DNA of 64,000 nucleotides from a virus (taxonomy: Duplodnaviria > Caudoviricetes): positions 32,001 to 96,000 of IMG/VR virus record IMGVR_UViG_2923519811_000002; one strand, 5' to 3'. This document shows, piece by piece, positions 28,340 to 36,646 of this stretch; positions within the stretch are counted from its first letter, which is position 1, and each line of letters begins with the position of its first letter. The position numbers and the translations under genes were made by a program. The notes beneath the pieces were generated by a model. It worked only from the letters and a program-made list of their open reading frames with translations, searched no databases and was not told the origin of the DNA.

Positions 28340-28983
28340 CAGCTGACGGCGTCCACCATGCCGTGGCGAACCGCCAGCAGAGCCAGCTCGACATCGCTGG
28401 AGATGGAGAGCTTGTCGAAGATCCGGTAGCGGTAGGTGTTCACCGTCTTCGGCGACAGGCACAGCTTGTCGGAAATGGTCTGGACCTTCTGGCAGTTGGC
28501 GATCATCAACGCGATCTGGATTTCCCGCTCCGACAACAGGTCGAACGGCGAACCACTCGTCTGCGGCTGGAAGGACTTCAGCGCCAACTGCTGGGCAATC
28601 TGCGGGCAGATGTAGCGCTGCCCGGCGAAGACCTGGCGAATCGCCTGGACCATCTCTTCAAGCGCAGCGCCCTTGGTGAGGTAGCCCGCCGCACCGGCCT
28701 GCAGCAGCCGGGTCGGAAACGGATCCTCTTCGCACACCGTCACCGCCACCACCTTCAGATCGGGGTAGCTGCGCAGCAGCTTGCGGGTCGCTTCGAGACC
28801 GCCGATGCCGGGCATCTTCACATCCATCAGCACCACGTCGGGCTTGAGCTCGCGCGCCTTCTTCAGCGCTTCCTCGCCGCTCTCGGCCTGCCCCACCACC
28901 TGCAGCCCATCGATGTCCGAGAGCATGCGGCTGATGCCTGTTCTAACCAGATCGTGGTCATCGACCACCAGTACCCTAATCAA
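28339..28983 (-). CDS. gacA: Response regulator GacA/UvrY
   Basis: REC + LuxR HTH ([14 protein letters not shown]); gacA-uvrC-pgsA synteny. Confidence 0.97.
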   Translation of the reverse strand: MIRVLVVDDHDLVRTGISRMLSDIDGLQVVGQAESGEEALKKARELKPDVVLMDVKMPGIGGLEATRKLLRSYPDLKVVAVTVCEEDPFPTRLLQAGAAGYLTKGAALEEMVQAIRQVFAGQRYICPQIAQQLALKSFQPQTSGSPFDLLSEREIQIALMIANCQKVQTISDKLCLSPKTVNTYRYRIFDKLSISSDVELALLAVRHGMVDAVS

Positions 28984-29589
28984 GCGACACCTCGCAGTGC
29001 ACCGCCCGCCAAACTGGGGAGCGTCACATGGAAAGGCCGATACATTAGCAAGTCGGAGCGCTCAGACCTAGCGCGACCGCCACCGTCAAATCACAAGCGC
29101 CAGGAAAACATAAGCAGCAAGGACTGACAATCGAGTCCGCCTATCACCACCGGAGGAGTCCGCCGCAGCGGGCGCCCTCACCAAAGGGAAAATCGCCTCC
29201 GGAACTTCAGCGTAGGACGCCCTGACAGGGCGAGTCAGGCGCCTTGACGACCGGCTACGGGCAGACCGGAAACTGCCGAAGCGCCAGGTACAGAAATCGC
29301 CTATCGCGATGCCATCGCGCTTTAGGAAATAAAGAGACCGACGCACCCCCCCAAAAATCACGGCCGTCAAAAAGCAGTGCAAATCCATTGGAAGCGCAGC
29401 CACAAAAGAGCCAGCGGTGCCCAGCCGGCAAGCGTCAGCGCCGCACGGTACTGGTGGAGCCGCAGCCTGGAGAACGCCACCGAAAAGCCAGGACGCAGTA
29501 ACTGAAAGGGCTGGAAGCACATCGAGAGCTACGTCATCGACGCCTGAAAAGAAAACCCGCAATGCCCCGATGGGCCCGAGCACTGTCGA

Positions 29590-29618
29590 TTGACACCCTC
29601 TTCCCCACGCCCTAACGT
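29590..29618 (+). promoter_or_regulatory. Sigma70-like promoter of the C4 module
   Basis: TTGACA-N17-TAACGT. Confidence 0.6.
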
Positions 29619-29716
29619 TGCCGCGCTGCCCAACCTGGGCAGTCGGGATTGGCGTCCCGAACGAGGACAGGTGCATGAACGTTGTTCAGGCACCTTGCAT
29701 GGTTGCACCCGCGTTA

Positions 29717-29793
29717 TGGGGCGTGCCGTGCAGGGCATCTTCGGATGCACCGTTCGTTCTCGACGGTTACGCCAACCTGCATGGCCCGCTCCA
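29717..29793 (+). ncRNA. C4/CI-type antisense RNA (copy 1)
   Basis: Cloverleaf with CTTCGG loop; ACGCCAA and GTTCTCGA complementary to TTGGCGT (29649, 29800) and TCGAGAAC (29829). Confidence 0.75.
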
Positions 29794-29840
29794 CCCTGAT
29801 TGGCGTCAGGAGGCGGTCAGTCGACCCATCGAGAACAACC

Positions 29841-30089
29841 ATGACCTCTGCAAACCTCAGTTCGCTCTACAAAAACGATCTCCATCACCTGACCCTCTAC
29901 GAAGCGGCCTACGTGCGCCAACGCGCGTTGCTCGGCATGCTCGGCTTCCTGTCCAACATTCCCGACCACGGCACGCCATCCCCCGAACTGCTGGGCGGCG
30001 CATTCGCCTGCCTGGAGTACCTCGCCGAAGATGCCGCCCGGCTCTACGAGGCCGCTCAGGACGAAGCGAAAAATCACCCGACAGGCTGA
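29841..30089 (+). CDS. Small protein under C4 control
   Basis: 82 aa; start next to the antisense target; shares PELLG.A with 44844..45059. Confidence 0.65.
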   Translation: MTSANLSSLYKNDLHHLTLYEAAYVRQRALLGMLGFLSNIPDHGTPSPELLGGAFACLEYLAEDAARLYEAAQDEAKNHPTG

Positions 30090-30108
30090 CCAAGTCAGCC
30101 TCATCTGG

Positions 30109-30614
30109 CACCCGCGCCGACGGCGACCAGCACCGCGACCTGGTGGCCGACGGCGGCGACAACCTCAAAGACCGAAGCACTGCGCCGCCCGCAACGAGTG
30201 GAACCGCCTGCATCGCGGCAGCGCCAGCCTCAGCTACAGACTGGCCAAGGACTGGCCAGACCCATCCCAGAACTCACCTACACCCTGCAGGACGTGAAAG
30301 ACGCGATCGACACCATCGCCTGGCACGGCGGCAACATGCAGCACAGCCTCACCGCCAGTGGCGGCTACATCACTAGCCTGGAGCCGGAGAGCAAACTGCC
30401 CCGAAGACCTGGGGGACGCGCTGTACGAGGAAATGCCCGGCGACTACACCGGCGTGATCGCCTACTGCCAGGGCAAGAGACGGGGAAGGAGGAAAGCCTT
30501 TCCGCTGACGACCCGAGCAAGCCCAAACGCCTGCGGCATCTATATGCGAGCCAGGCGAATACGGAGCGGGCGATGGATAGAGAATATAGACATATTCACA
30601 TCAAGAAAGGATGA
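30109..30614 (+). pseudogene. Degraded 3' half of P2-like gene D
   Basis: Aligns by eye to about 58611-59190 with internal deletions and frameshifts (IPELTYTLQ, KPKRLRHLYAS). Confidence 0.88.
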
Positions 30615-30646
30615 TTAGTCAGTCCATTAAGTGAATAGGACTCAAA

Positions 30647-32020
30647 ATGAATTTAGACAAAGAAATCAATTCCCCCGGACTCTTTTGGACCCCTGGAAAC
30701 GAAGACGCAAAAATCCCTGGAATACTAAAAATATCGGACGGCGGCGAAATAACAGTAGAAACAACCTCTGACAAGGATATTTCCTCAAGCGACTTGCATG
30801 TCGATAGAATCCTTGGCCACATTGAGACACTTGGATACGTAACACTTGACGACTGTTTTTACTGGGTAAAAAACTCAATCTTTGGCCTTAACCAACTATC
30901 TACCTCAAAAATAAAAGCAAGCCGCGCGTACATAGGCGCAATCTCGGATGACGACAGCCCTTTACTTTTCACAAAATTCATATTTGACATTGAGCTACTT
31001 AATGACTGGCTGAGATTAACAGGCATAAAAGTAGACATAGACTATGCAAGAGGCACCGGCACAGTAACCTACGAACCACAACCCCCTATACATATAGAGC
31101 TTGATGAAATAAAAATTTCAATCAAATTCCGCCACAGCATTCCGAGCCCCAATCAGCTAACTGAAGCCAAGATAACTCACAGCGCATATTTTGAAATCTC
31201 AACAGCCCACCCAAAAAATATTGACTTCTTCGTATCTCAAGCAAGAAAGACAGCTTCATTTTTCTGCATTGCCACAGACCAAGTTGTGGGAATAAAGAAT
31301 GTAGAAGCAATTATTCCAGCAACCGAAACAACAAATGGGCGAGACATAAAAGTAGGCGTGTTCTACCGAAGCCTTCCATTCTCAACAACTCGCCCAACCC
31401 TGAGATCAAGACATGACTTCCCATTTACCTTTCCACAAATCTCAAGCCATTTTCAAGAAATAATAAAGTGCTGGATGAATAACTTTGACTCACTATACCC
31501 TTCCATCAATACATACATATCTACAAAAGATGGCACACACAAATATCTCGAAAACAAATTCCTATCACTAGCGCAAGCTCTAGAGACTTTTAGCAGAAGC
31601 ACAAATACGGAAACCCAGTTTGAGGAAGAAGAATTTTCCAAATTATGTGAAACCCTTATCAGGGCCTGCCCTGAAGGGCATAAAGAATGGCTAGCAAGGC
31701 GCTTAACCCACGCAAATGAACCAAACCTAAGCAAGAGACTAAAAACTCTCTTTCAGCCATTTAATGAACAGATATCCATTGAAACAAGAAAAGTAAAATC
31801 CACCATAAGAAAAATCGTTGACTCAAGAAACTATCTGACCCACCTAGACAATGCCTCTAAAGACAAATGCGCCTCCCCTAAAGAAATGGTCGAACTGACC
31901 CATATAATGGACGCAGTATTCATCCTGACATTATTAAGACATACAGGAATACACGAGGAAGTAATTGAATACATAATACAGAGCCCAAATATCAAGCGCA
32001 GATTCACTCCATTTTATTAG
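30647..32020 (+). CDS. ApeA-like HEPN anti-phage protein
   Basis: 457 aa, AT-rich; N-terminal G.FW.P..PG.L beta domain; FLSLAQALE and RNYLTH (Rx4H). Confidence 0.8.
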   Translation: MNLDKEINSPGLFWTPGNEDAKIPGILKISDGGEITVETTSDKDISSSDLHVDRILGHIETLGYVTLDDCFYWVKNSIFGLNQLSTSKIKASRAYIGAISDDDSPLLFTKFIFDIELLNDWLRLTGIKVDIDYARGTGTVTYEPQPPIHIELDEIKISIKFRHSIPSPNQLTEAKITHSAYFEISTAHPKNIDFFVSQARKTASFFCIATDQVVGIKNVEAIIPATETTNGRDIKVGVFYRSLPFSTTRPTLRSRHDFPFTFPQISSHFQEIIKCWMNNFDSLYPSINTYISTKDGTHKYLENKFLSLAQALETFSRSTNTETQFEEEEFSKLCETLIRACPEGHKEWLARRLTHANEPNLSKRLKTLFQPFNEQISIETRKVKSTIRKIVDSRNYLTHLDNASKDKCASPKEMVELTHIMDAVFILTLLRHTGIHEEVIEYIIQSPNIKRRFTPFY

Positions 32021-32201
32021 CCATGATCAGTCCTAGTGGATTAACTGCACGGCAATTTGAACCCAGCCTGTCTAATACAGCATCGCTGCCAGCCATCCAT
32101 TGCCACACTCCGTGCACTTAGCAAGTGCTCAATGCAGGTAGCGTTGCACGAAGCGGCCTCTATAATCGGGCGCCCCTGCGTTCTGGCATCAAGGATGATC
32201 G

Positions 32202-33170
32202 ATGGTTGCTTTCTACTGGCTGACTCTGGGCTACGTCGTTGCGCCTGTTTTGCTCGGCCTGCTGTGCCGCTCCCTGGTCAAACACCAACTCGTGCCGGAC
32301 TTTTTCAACCGTGCCCCTGCTCGCTTCAGGGCGCTGGATCAGAAGGTGCTGCTCGCCGGGGGTATCGTCGTCTTCCTGGGGCTGACAGGCATCGTGGCCG
32401 GACACAAGGCACTGGGAGGGGATGCGCCGTTCTGGGTGATGACAATAGCCCCCTTGGCCATGTACATCTGCACGGCCCGCCTGTTCTACCTCCGCTTCAA
32501 GCCGCAGATTCTCAAGTTCTCGGCTACACGGTTGGCCAAGTGGCTTTTTGCCCTGCTGGTGTTCATTGCAGTGTGGGTCTCCAACGTCTACACCGACAGC
32601 ATCTTCCTTCACTACACGCGCATCGCCCCGTCCGATCTGCCTGCAGCGAAGACGGGTGTACTGGCCATCGTGACGGTGTTTGTCTGGGTCACCCTGATCA
32701 GCCTTCTGACATTGGTTCCTTACCTTCTGATTGCACTCGCTCTGGGCGCAATGACGCCCAAGAAAGCGGCGGCGGAAGCGGTCATGTGCCTAAGCCCCGC
32801 CAGCCGACAGAGTCCGCCCTCTCCGCCGTTTGCCGTCACGCTCATCCTATTCGGCGGCCTGGCCTTCAGCAGCATCACCCCGCTCAACCTGTTGGACTAC
32901 ACAAGCAGAAACCCGGAGCTTGAGCCGTTCGTGCGCAAGCTCATCGTGTTCGCCTCGTTCCACCTGAAAGACAGCCAGTGCACCAACAATCAGCCCGAGG
33001 GCAGCCGTTTTGCGCCCCTCGGCTACGAGCGCCTGGCCGTCGCCATTCCGGATGAGGAGAAGGGCTACCTGTTCAAGACCCTCAAGTGCCCGAACGGCGA
33101 CGCGGCCAAGGCGCCAGAGAAGAAGCCGCAGGTCTCGGTACCCTTGGAGTTCGATCAGCAGGCGCTGTAG
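32202..33170 (+). CDS. Multi-pass membrane protein
   Basis: 322 aa, about 6 hydrophobic segments, Cys-containing C-terminal domain. Confidence 0.8.
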   Translation: MVAFYWLTLGYVVAPVLLGLLCRSLVKHQLVPDFFNRAPARFRALDQKVLLAGGIVVFLGLTGIVAGHKALGGDAPFWVMTIAPLAMYICTARLFYLRFKPQILKFSATRLAKWLFALLVFIAVWVSNVYTDSIFLHYTRIAPSDLPAAKTGVLAIVTVFVWVTLISLLTLVPYLLIALALGAMTPKKAAAEAVMCLSPASRQSPPSPPFAVTLILFGGLAFSSITPLNLLDYTSRNPELEPFVRKLIVFASFHLKDSQCTNNQPEGSRFAPLGYERLAVAIPDEEKGYLFKTLKCPNGDAAKAPEKKPQVSVPLEFDQQAL

Positions 33171-33206
33171 GTTCGCTTTTTACACCCGAGGGGACGAAGG
33201 AACGCC

Positions 33207-33611
33207 ATGATCCCAACCCATAGCAAGGAGCGGCTGCCGCAGGGGTTTACCTATCCCCTGGGGGCCCAGGTGATAAACGAACTGATCGGCGACGTGCCCC
33301 AGTTCGGCAAGATCGAGCTGTGCTTCAACTGGAAGGACGACTTCCGCGCTTCACGCTGGCGCAAGCGCATCCAGGAGCGCGGGTTAGTTCGGCTCGCCGC
33401 GATCAACTACCTGTCCATCTGGGACGAATGGCGAATCTACTTCTATTCCGTACCCTCCGACTGCAGCGTGGCGGCCAGAGACTTTCTGCTTGCCGGAGCC
33501 CTAGCGCAGGTGGGAGACACCCTGCGTGGCCTGGTCAACTCGCCCCGACACTTTCACCATGATGTAACGTGGCAACTACCCCCTGTCGCCAACAAACAGA
33601 GCACCTCATAG
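33207..33611 (+). CDS. Hypothetical protein
   Basis: 134 aa, AAGGA RBS. Confidence 0.7.
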   Translation: MIPTHSKERLPQGFTYPLGAQVINELIGDVPQFGKIELCFNWKDDFRASRWRKRIQERGLVRLAAINYLSIWDEWRIYFYSVPSDCSVAARDFLLAGALAQVGDTLRGLVNSPRHFHHDVTWQLPPVANKQSTS

Positions 33612-33649
33612 CCCTGTCGATCAGTCTCACCCTCGAGTACCACGCGCGT

Positions 33650-33820
33650 ACTCGCAGCAAAGCGGCGACTGTAGCTAAGCCTGAACCCACCCTGGCCGCA
33701 TGAAGTCCGCCAGCGAAAGCGACGATCCTGGGCGCGCGTCGAAGCTGTTGGGCACACCGACAGCGCATCACGGAGACCGTATATCGCCGCGTCGGCGGGG
33801 TCGTCGCCCCTACCCACTGA
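33650..33820 (+). pseudogene. Integrase C-terminal remnant
   Basis: Frameshifted ASKLLG..T...ITETVYRRVGGVVAPTH* resembles the int end ASKLLGH...VYRRVGEVVKPTK*. Confidence 0.75.
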
Positions 33821-33826
33821 CCTGAA

Positions 33827-33858
33827 GTTGCGGAAACGGCCTATCAAGCTGCGGAAAC
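33827..33858. repeat. Arm-type repeats of the same motif as 25569
   Basis: GTTGCGGAAAC / GCTGCGGAAAC. Confidence 0.6.
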
Positions 33859-33897
33859 GATCGCTGACGACATCCGCTGGAATTGCGACCTGCAAAA

Positions 33898-33930
33898 ACG
33901 CCAAAGCCCCGAATATCGGGGCTTTGGCGT
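33898..33930. terminator. Inverted-repeat terminator
   Basis: ACGCCAAAGCCCCGA-ata-TCGGGGCTTTGGCGT. Confidence 0.7.
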
Positions 33931-33939
33931 CTATGTATA

Positions 33940-33966
33940 TGGCGGAAGCGGTGAGATTCGAACTCA
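33940..33966 (-). other. att core: 3' end of tRNA-Ser (T-arm and acceptor strand only)
   Basis: Reverse complement TGAGTTCGAATCTCACCGCTTCCGCCA; 5' half absent. Confidence 0.8.
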
Positions 33967-34219
33967 TACGCGCGGCGTTAGCATGGCTGTAACCCACATG
34001 AATCGGGGCCTCTGGCGCAGAGAGTGCCATCTTTTTGTTCCCAGACTGTTCCCAAGCGCCATCCATGCATCGGGACCGTGAACCGCGTTCCCCATGGATT
34101 CGGCTCATTTCGGTTGACCCAACCGAATCGGGTAATAAAGGTTAGCGACACCCCTGAACAATGCTTAAACCCCTCTGGAGCGGGGCTTTCAAGAGTTTGA
34201 AGAAAGGTAATTTCTTGGT

Positions 34220-34295
34220 AATCAATTGGTTAGCTGATTACCCGTACTGGCAGTCAGCTGAAACTTCTTACAAATCCTTTAAAATCAATAGATTA
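34220..34295. promoter_or_regulatory. Two IHF-consensus sites between att and cos
   Basis: AATCAATTGGTTA and AATCAATAGATTA match WATCAANNNNTTR. Confidence 0.5.
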
Positions 34296-34576
34296 GAGAA
34301 AAACAACCTTTCTACTTACTTGTCATTACCCGCTGAGGTTATGCCCGAAACCCAGCAGCCACACCTCTTCCGGGCATGCCAGACGTAGCACCTAACCGAA
34401 ATTACCCAGTTTTGGCGGCGCCCCTGAAAAAGGTCGCTTGAGAACTAACCCATTAAGTCCGTGGAGCGCAGGGAAATGAAGGGTGATTCTGGCGCTACGA
34501 CAGGCAAGAAGCGCAGTTACTGGACTGCCTGGCGCCGTATGCAGGGCTGCAGAAAAAGCGACCTATTTAGACCGCA

Positions 34577-34595
34577 GGCGTGGCGGGGGGACGAC
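34577..34595 (+). other. P2-family cos site
   Basis: GGCGTGGCGGGGGGACGAC resembles P2/186 cohesive ends (GGCG[A/T]GGCGGGGAAAGCA[C/T]). Confidence 0.8.
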
Positions 34596-34748
34596 TGCGC
34601 GCGCCAACTACGCCGCAAGGACTCAGGCGCCTAAATTTTGACGAATTTATGTGAATTCCAGGCGAAAGACGGAAAGCCGTCATCCCGACGAACGGCAATG
34701 TCAGCGAAACCACTGAATCTGTAAGGGTTTTCTGCGACAACCGAATGG

Positions 34749-34757
34749 TTATCCACA
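34749..34757 (+). promoter_or_regulatory. DnaA box
   Basis: Perfect TTATCCACA. Confidence 0.5.
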
Positions 34758-34827
34758 GATTGTTCAGTTCTTCTCGCCTTGCAAAGGCAAATCGGAACTA
34801 TAAGATGGGGTTCGTAGGCCGAAACCA

Positions 34828-34843
34828 CCACTACATGTTGTGT
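34828..34843. promoter_or_regulatory. NrdR-box-like palindrome
   Basis: CCACTACATGTTGTGT vs consensus acaCwAtATaTwGtgt; weaker copy at 34795. Confidence 0.5.
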
Positions 34844-35066
34844 TTTCTAACTACGACTGCGTAGCGGGAAGACTACGAACGGGAGCGCTTCCGTCGACCA
34901 AAACCTGGCGACCCCGTCCGTACCACCTGACCCCATACGACAGAAACGACGCTGGCTCAGATAGGGGTGTCAATTAAGCGTGTAGGTGGCGACTCCGTCA
35001 ATCCACCACTGCCGAACGGCATCTCCTCCGGGCCAGCACCTTCCTCTGCCCACCCGGAGAAATCCA

Positions 35067-35312
35067 ATGGCAAATCGCAAACAAACTTCCGGCGACGTTT
35101 CCAAGCTCGCCTCTGAAACTCTCCGCAATCCCAACGCCTCCGCCACTGCTAAGAGCCTGGCGGCTTCTGCCTTGGCGCAAACCTCCACAACCAAGGAGAC
35201 CGGCAAGGATATGGAAGCCAAAGCCTCCAAGGTTCTGCAATCCGAGAAGTACAGCGATGAGACCAAAACCCTTGCGGCTTCGGTGCTCTCGCAATCGGAT
35301 AAGAAGCGATGA
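35067..35312 (+). CDS. Small basic protein made of two tandem repeats
   Basis: 81 aa; K.T......AS..L.......K.LAAS.L.Q twice; GGAGA RBS. Confidence 0.75.
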   Translation: MANRKQTSGDVSKLASETLRNPNASATAKSLAASALAQTSTTKETGKDMEAKASKVLQSEKYSDETKTLAASVLSQSDKKR

Positions 35313-35324
35313 GTGGTGAAGAAA

Positions 35325-35576
35325 ATGGCTATCTTCTTCATTGAGTACGATCTGCGCAGGAAGCGGGACTACAAAGCCCTTACTGAAGAACTGGCACGAT
35401 TCGGTGCCATCCGCGTCCTCGAGTCCCTCTGGTGCTTTCAGCGTGTAAACGCGAGTGCTACGGGACTGCGAGACCACTTCAGGAACTTCATGGATGCGGA
35501 CGACGGCATAATCGTCTCCGAAGTTGGCGAATGGGCAAGCTACAACACCAATGGCAACCCGAACCAACTCAGGTAG
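35325..35576 (+). CDS. Cas2/VapD-like ferredoxin-fold protein
   Basis: 83 aa; FFIEYDL...DY..L...L...RVLESLW...D.DD.I.V. Confidence 0.65.
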   Translation: MAIFFIEYDLRRKRDYKALTEELARFGAIRVLESLWCFQRVNASATGLRDHFRNFMDADDGIIVSEVGEWASYNTNGNPNQLR

Positions 35577-35578
35577 CC

Positions 35579-35605
35579 ACTAAGGGCCCCATCGGGGCCC
35601 TTAGT
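35579..35605. terminator. Hairpin between convergent genes
   Basis: ACTAAGGGCCCC-atc-GGGGCCCTTAGT. Confidence 0.65.
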
Positions 35606-35629
35606 CCGTCAAGTCAGCCCGTGACCAGC

Positions 35630-36646
35630 CTATTGAGAGGCAGCGGCCTCTGCCCTAAACCCTAGTTCCCACTCAAACCTCACCACCTCCTCCCCCGCCC
35701 ACTCATTAACCTCCTGGAGCCGCGCCTGTAGCGGCTCCAGTTCGTTCTGCACCCATACCTCCGTCGCGTCCTTGATCGAGCCGAAGCCGCCGGCGTTCTG
35801 CGGGACGATACCCATCAGCTGTGGAGGGATCCGCAGGCCGGCCAGCATGTCGTCGCGGGTGATGTTCTTTATCGAACCGAACTCATCCTTGGCCGCCACT
35901 TCGCTGACGGGGATCAGCTGCAGCCCCTCCTTCTTGCCGTTCGGGGCATAGACGAACAGGTTGCGGAAGTTGCCTGGGCCCTTGGCGTTCTTCAGCGCGT
36001 TGCGCAGGGCATCGATGTCCTCCTCCTTCTGCGCCGCATCGGTCATGTAGAGGATGAAGCCCGCGTGCGACCCGTTGTTGTAGTACTTGCGGCGGAACAG
36101 CGTGGCCGACTCATTGAGCAGGCCGGACTGGAGGGCCGCCAGCCACTCGGGCATGCCGTACACCTCCTGGTGGATGTCCGCCTCGCGCAGGTGGCAGATG
36201 GTCCCCTTCTCGAACTCGTGCTCATCCTTCCAGCCGCGCACCAGGTAGTAGCGGTCGAGATCCTCGCCCCGCCGCATGTACTTAGCCAGGCAGGGCTGCA
36301 GGGCCACGGACGTGCCGAGCATGGACCGGCGGCGCTCCAGGTAGGCATTGCCGGACCAGAGCCAGTCCAGGGCGAACTGCTCGAAGGCCGTCCGGGACAG
36401 CAGCCGGTGGGGGACGAACGCCCGGGCCAGCATGTTGCGCTTGAAGGTCAGCCCCGACTGCAGGTACACGCTCGCCGAGATCGACCGGGACAGACCGTCC
36501 AGCGACAACGGCGGCTCGTACCAGCGCCCGTTGAAGGCGCATTCCAGGTAGTCGAAGATCTCGCGCCCGCTGAGGACCGGCGTCGGGTCGCCAAAGGTGA
36601 AGGCCTCGACGCCTGCAGGCGCGGCGGCTGGGGTTTGGGTGGTCAT
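35630..36646 (-). CDS. Portal protein (P2 gpQ)
   Basis: AFTFGDP, YEPP, RRKYYNNGSHAGFI, KGPGNFRNLF. Confidence 0.95.
   Translation of the reverse strand: MTTQTPAAAPAGVEAFTFGDPTPVLSGREIFDYLECAFNGRWYEPPLSLDGLSRSISASVYLQSGLTFKRNMLARAFVPHRLLSRTAFEQFALDWLWSGNAYLERRRSMLGTSVALQPCLAKYMRRGEDLDRYYLVRGWKDEHEFEKGTICHLREADIHQEVYGMPEWLAALQSGLLNESATLFRRKYYNNGSHAGFILYMTDAAQKEEDIDALRNALKNAKGPGNFRNLFVYAPNGKKEGLQLIPVSEVAAKDEFGSIKNITRDDMLAGLRIPPQLMGIVPQNAGGFGSIKDATEVWVQNELEPLQARLQEVNEWAGEEVVRFEWELGFRAEAAASQ

Larger units (their letters stand above)
29590..33966. mobile_element. Decayed prophage-derived islet ending at a tRNA-Ser att core
   Basis: C4 module, gene D scar, cargo genes, integrase scar, arm repeats, tRNA 3' fragment. 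Confidence 0.7.

Noticed and set aside
29086-29580. ORFs upstream of gacA
   Set aside because: No motifs or clear RBS; probably promoter or intergenic DNA
33940-33966. Functional tRNA-Ser gene
   Set aside because: Only the T-arm and 3' acceptor strand are present
34000-35600. CRISPR-Cas locus suggested by the Cas2-like ORF
   Set aside because: No repeat-spacer array and no cas1 or other cas genes seen
34600-35600. ctx cytotoxin gene
   Set aside because: Slot holds only two ~80-aa ORFs
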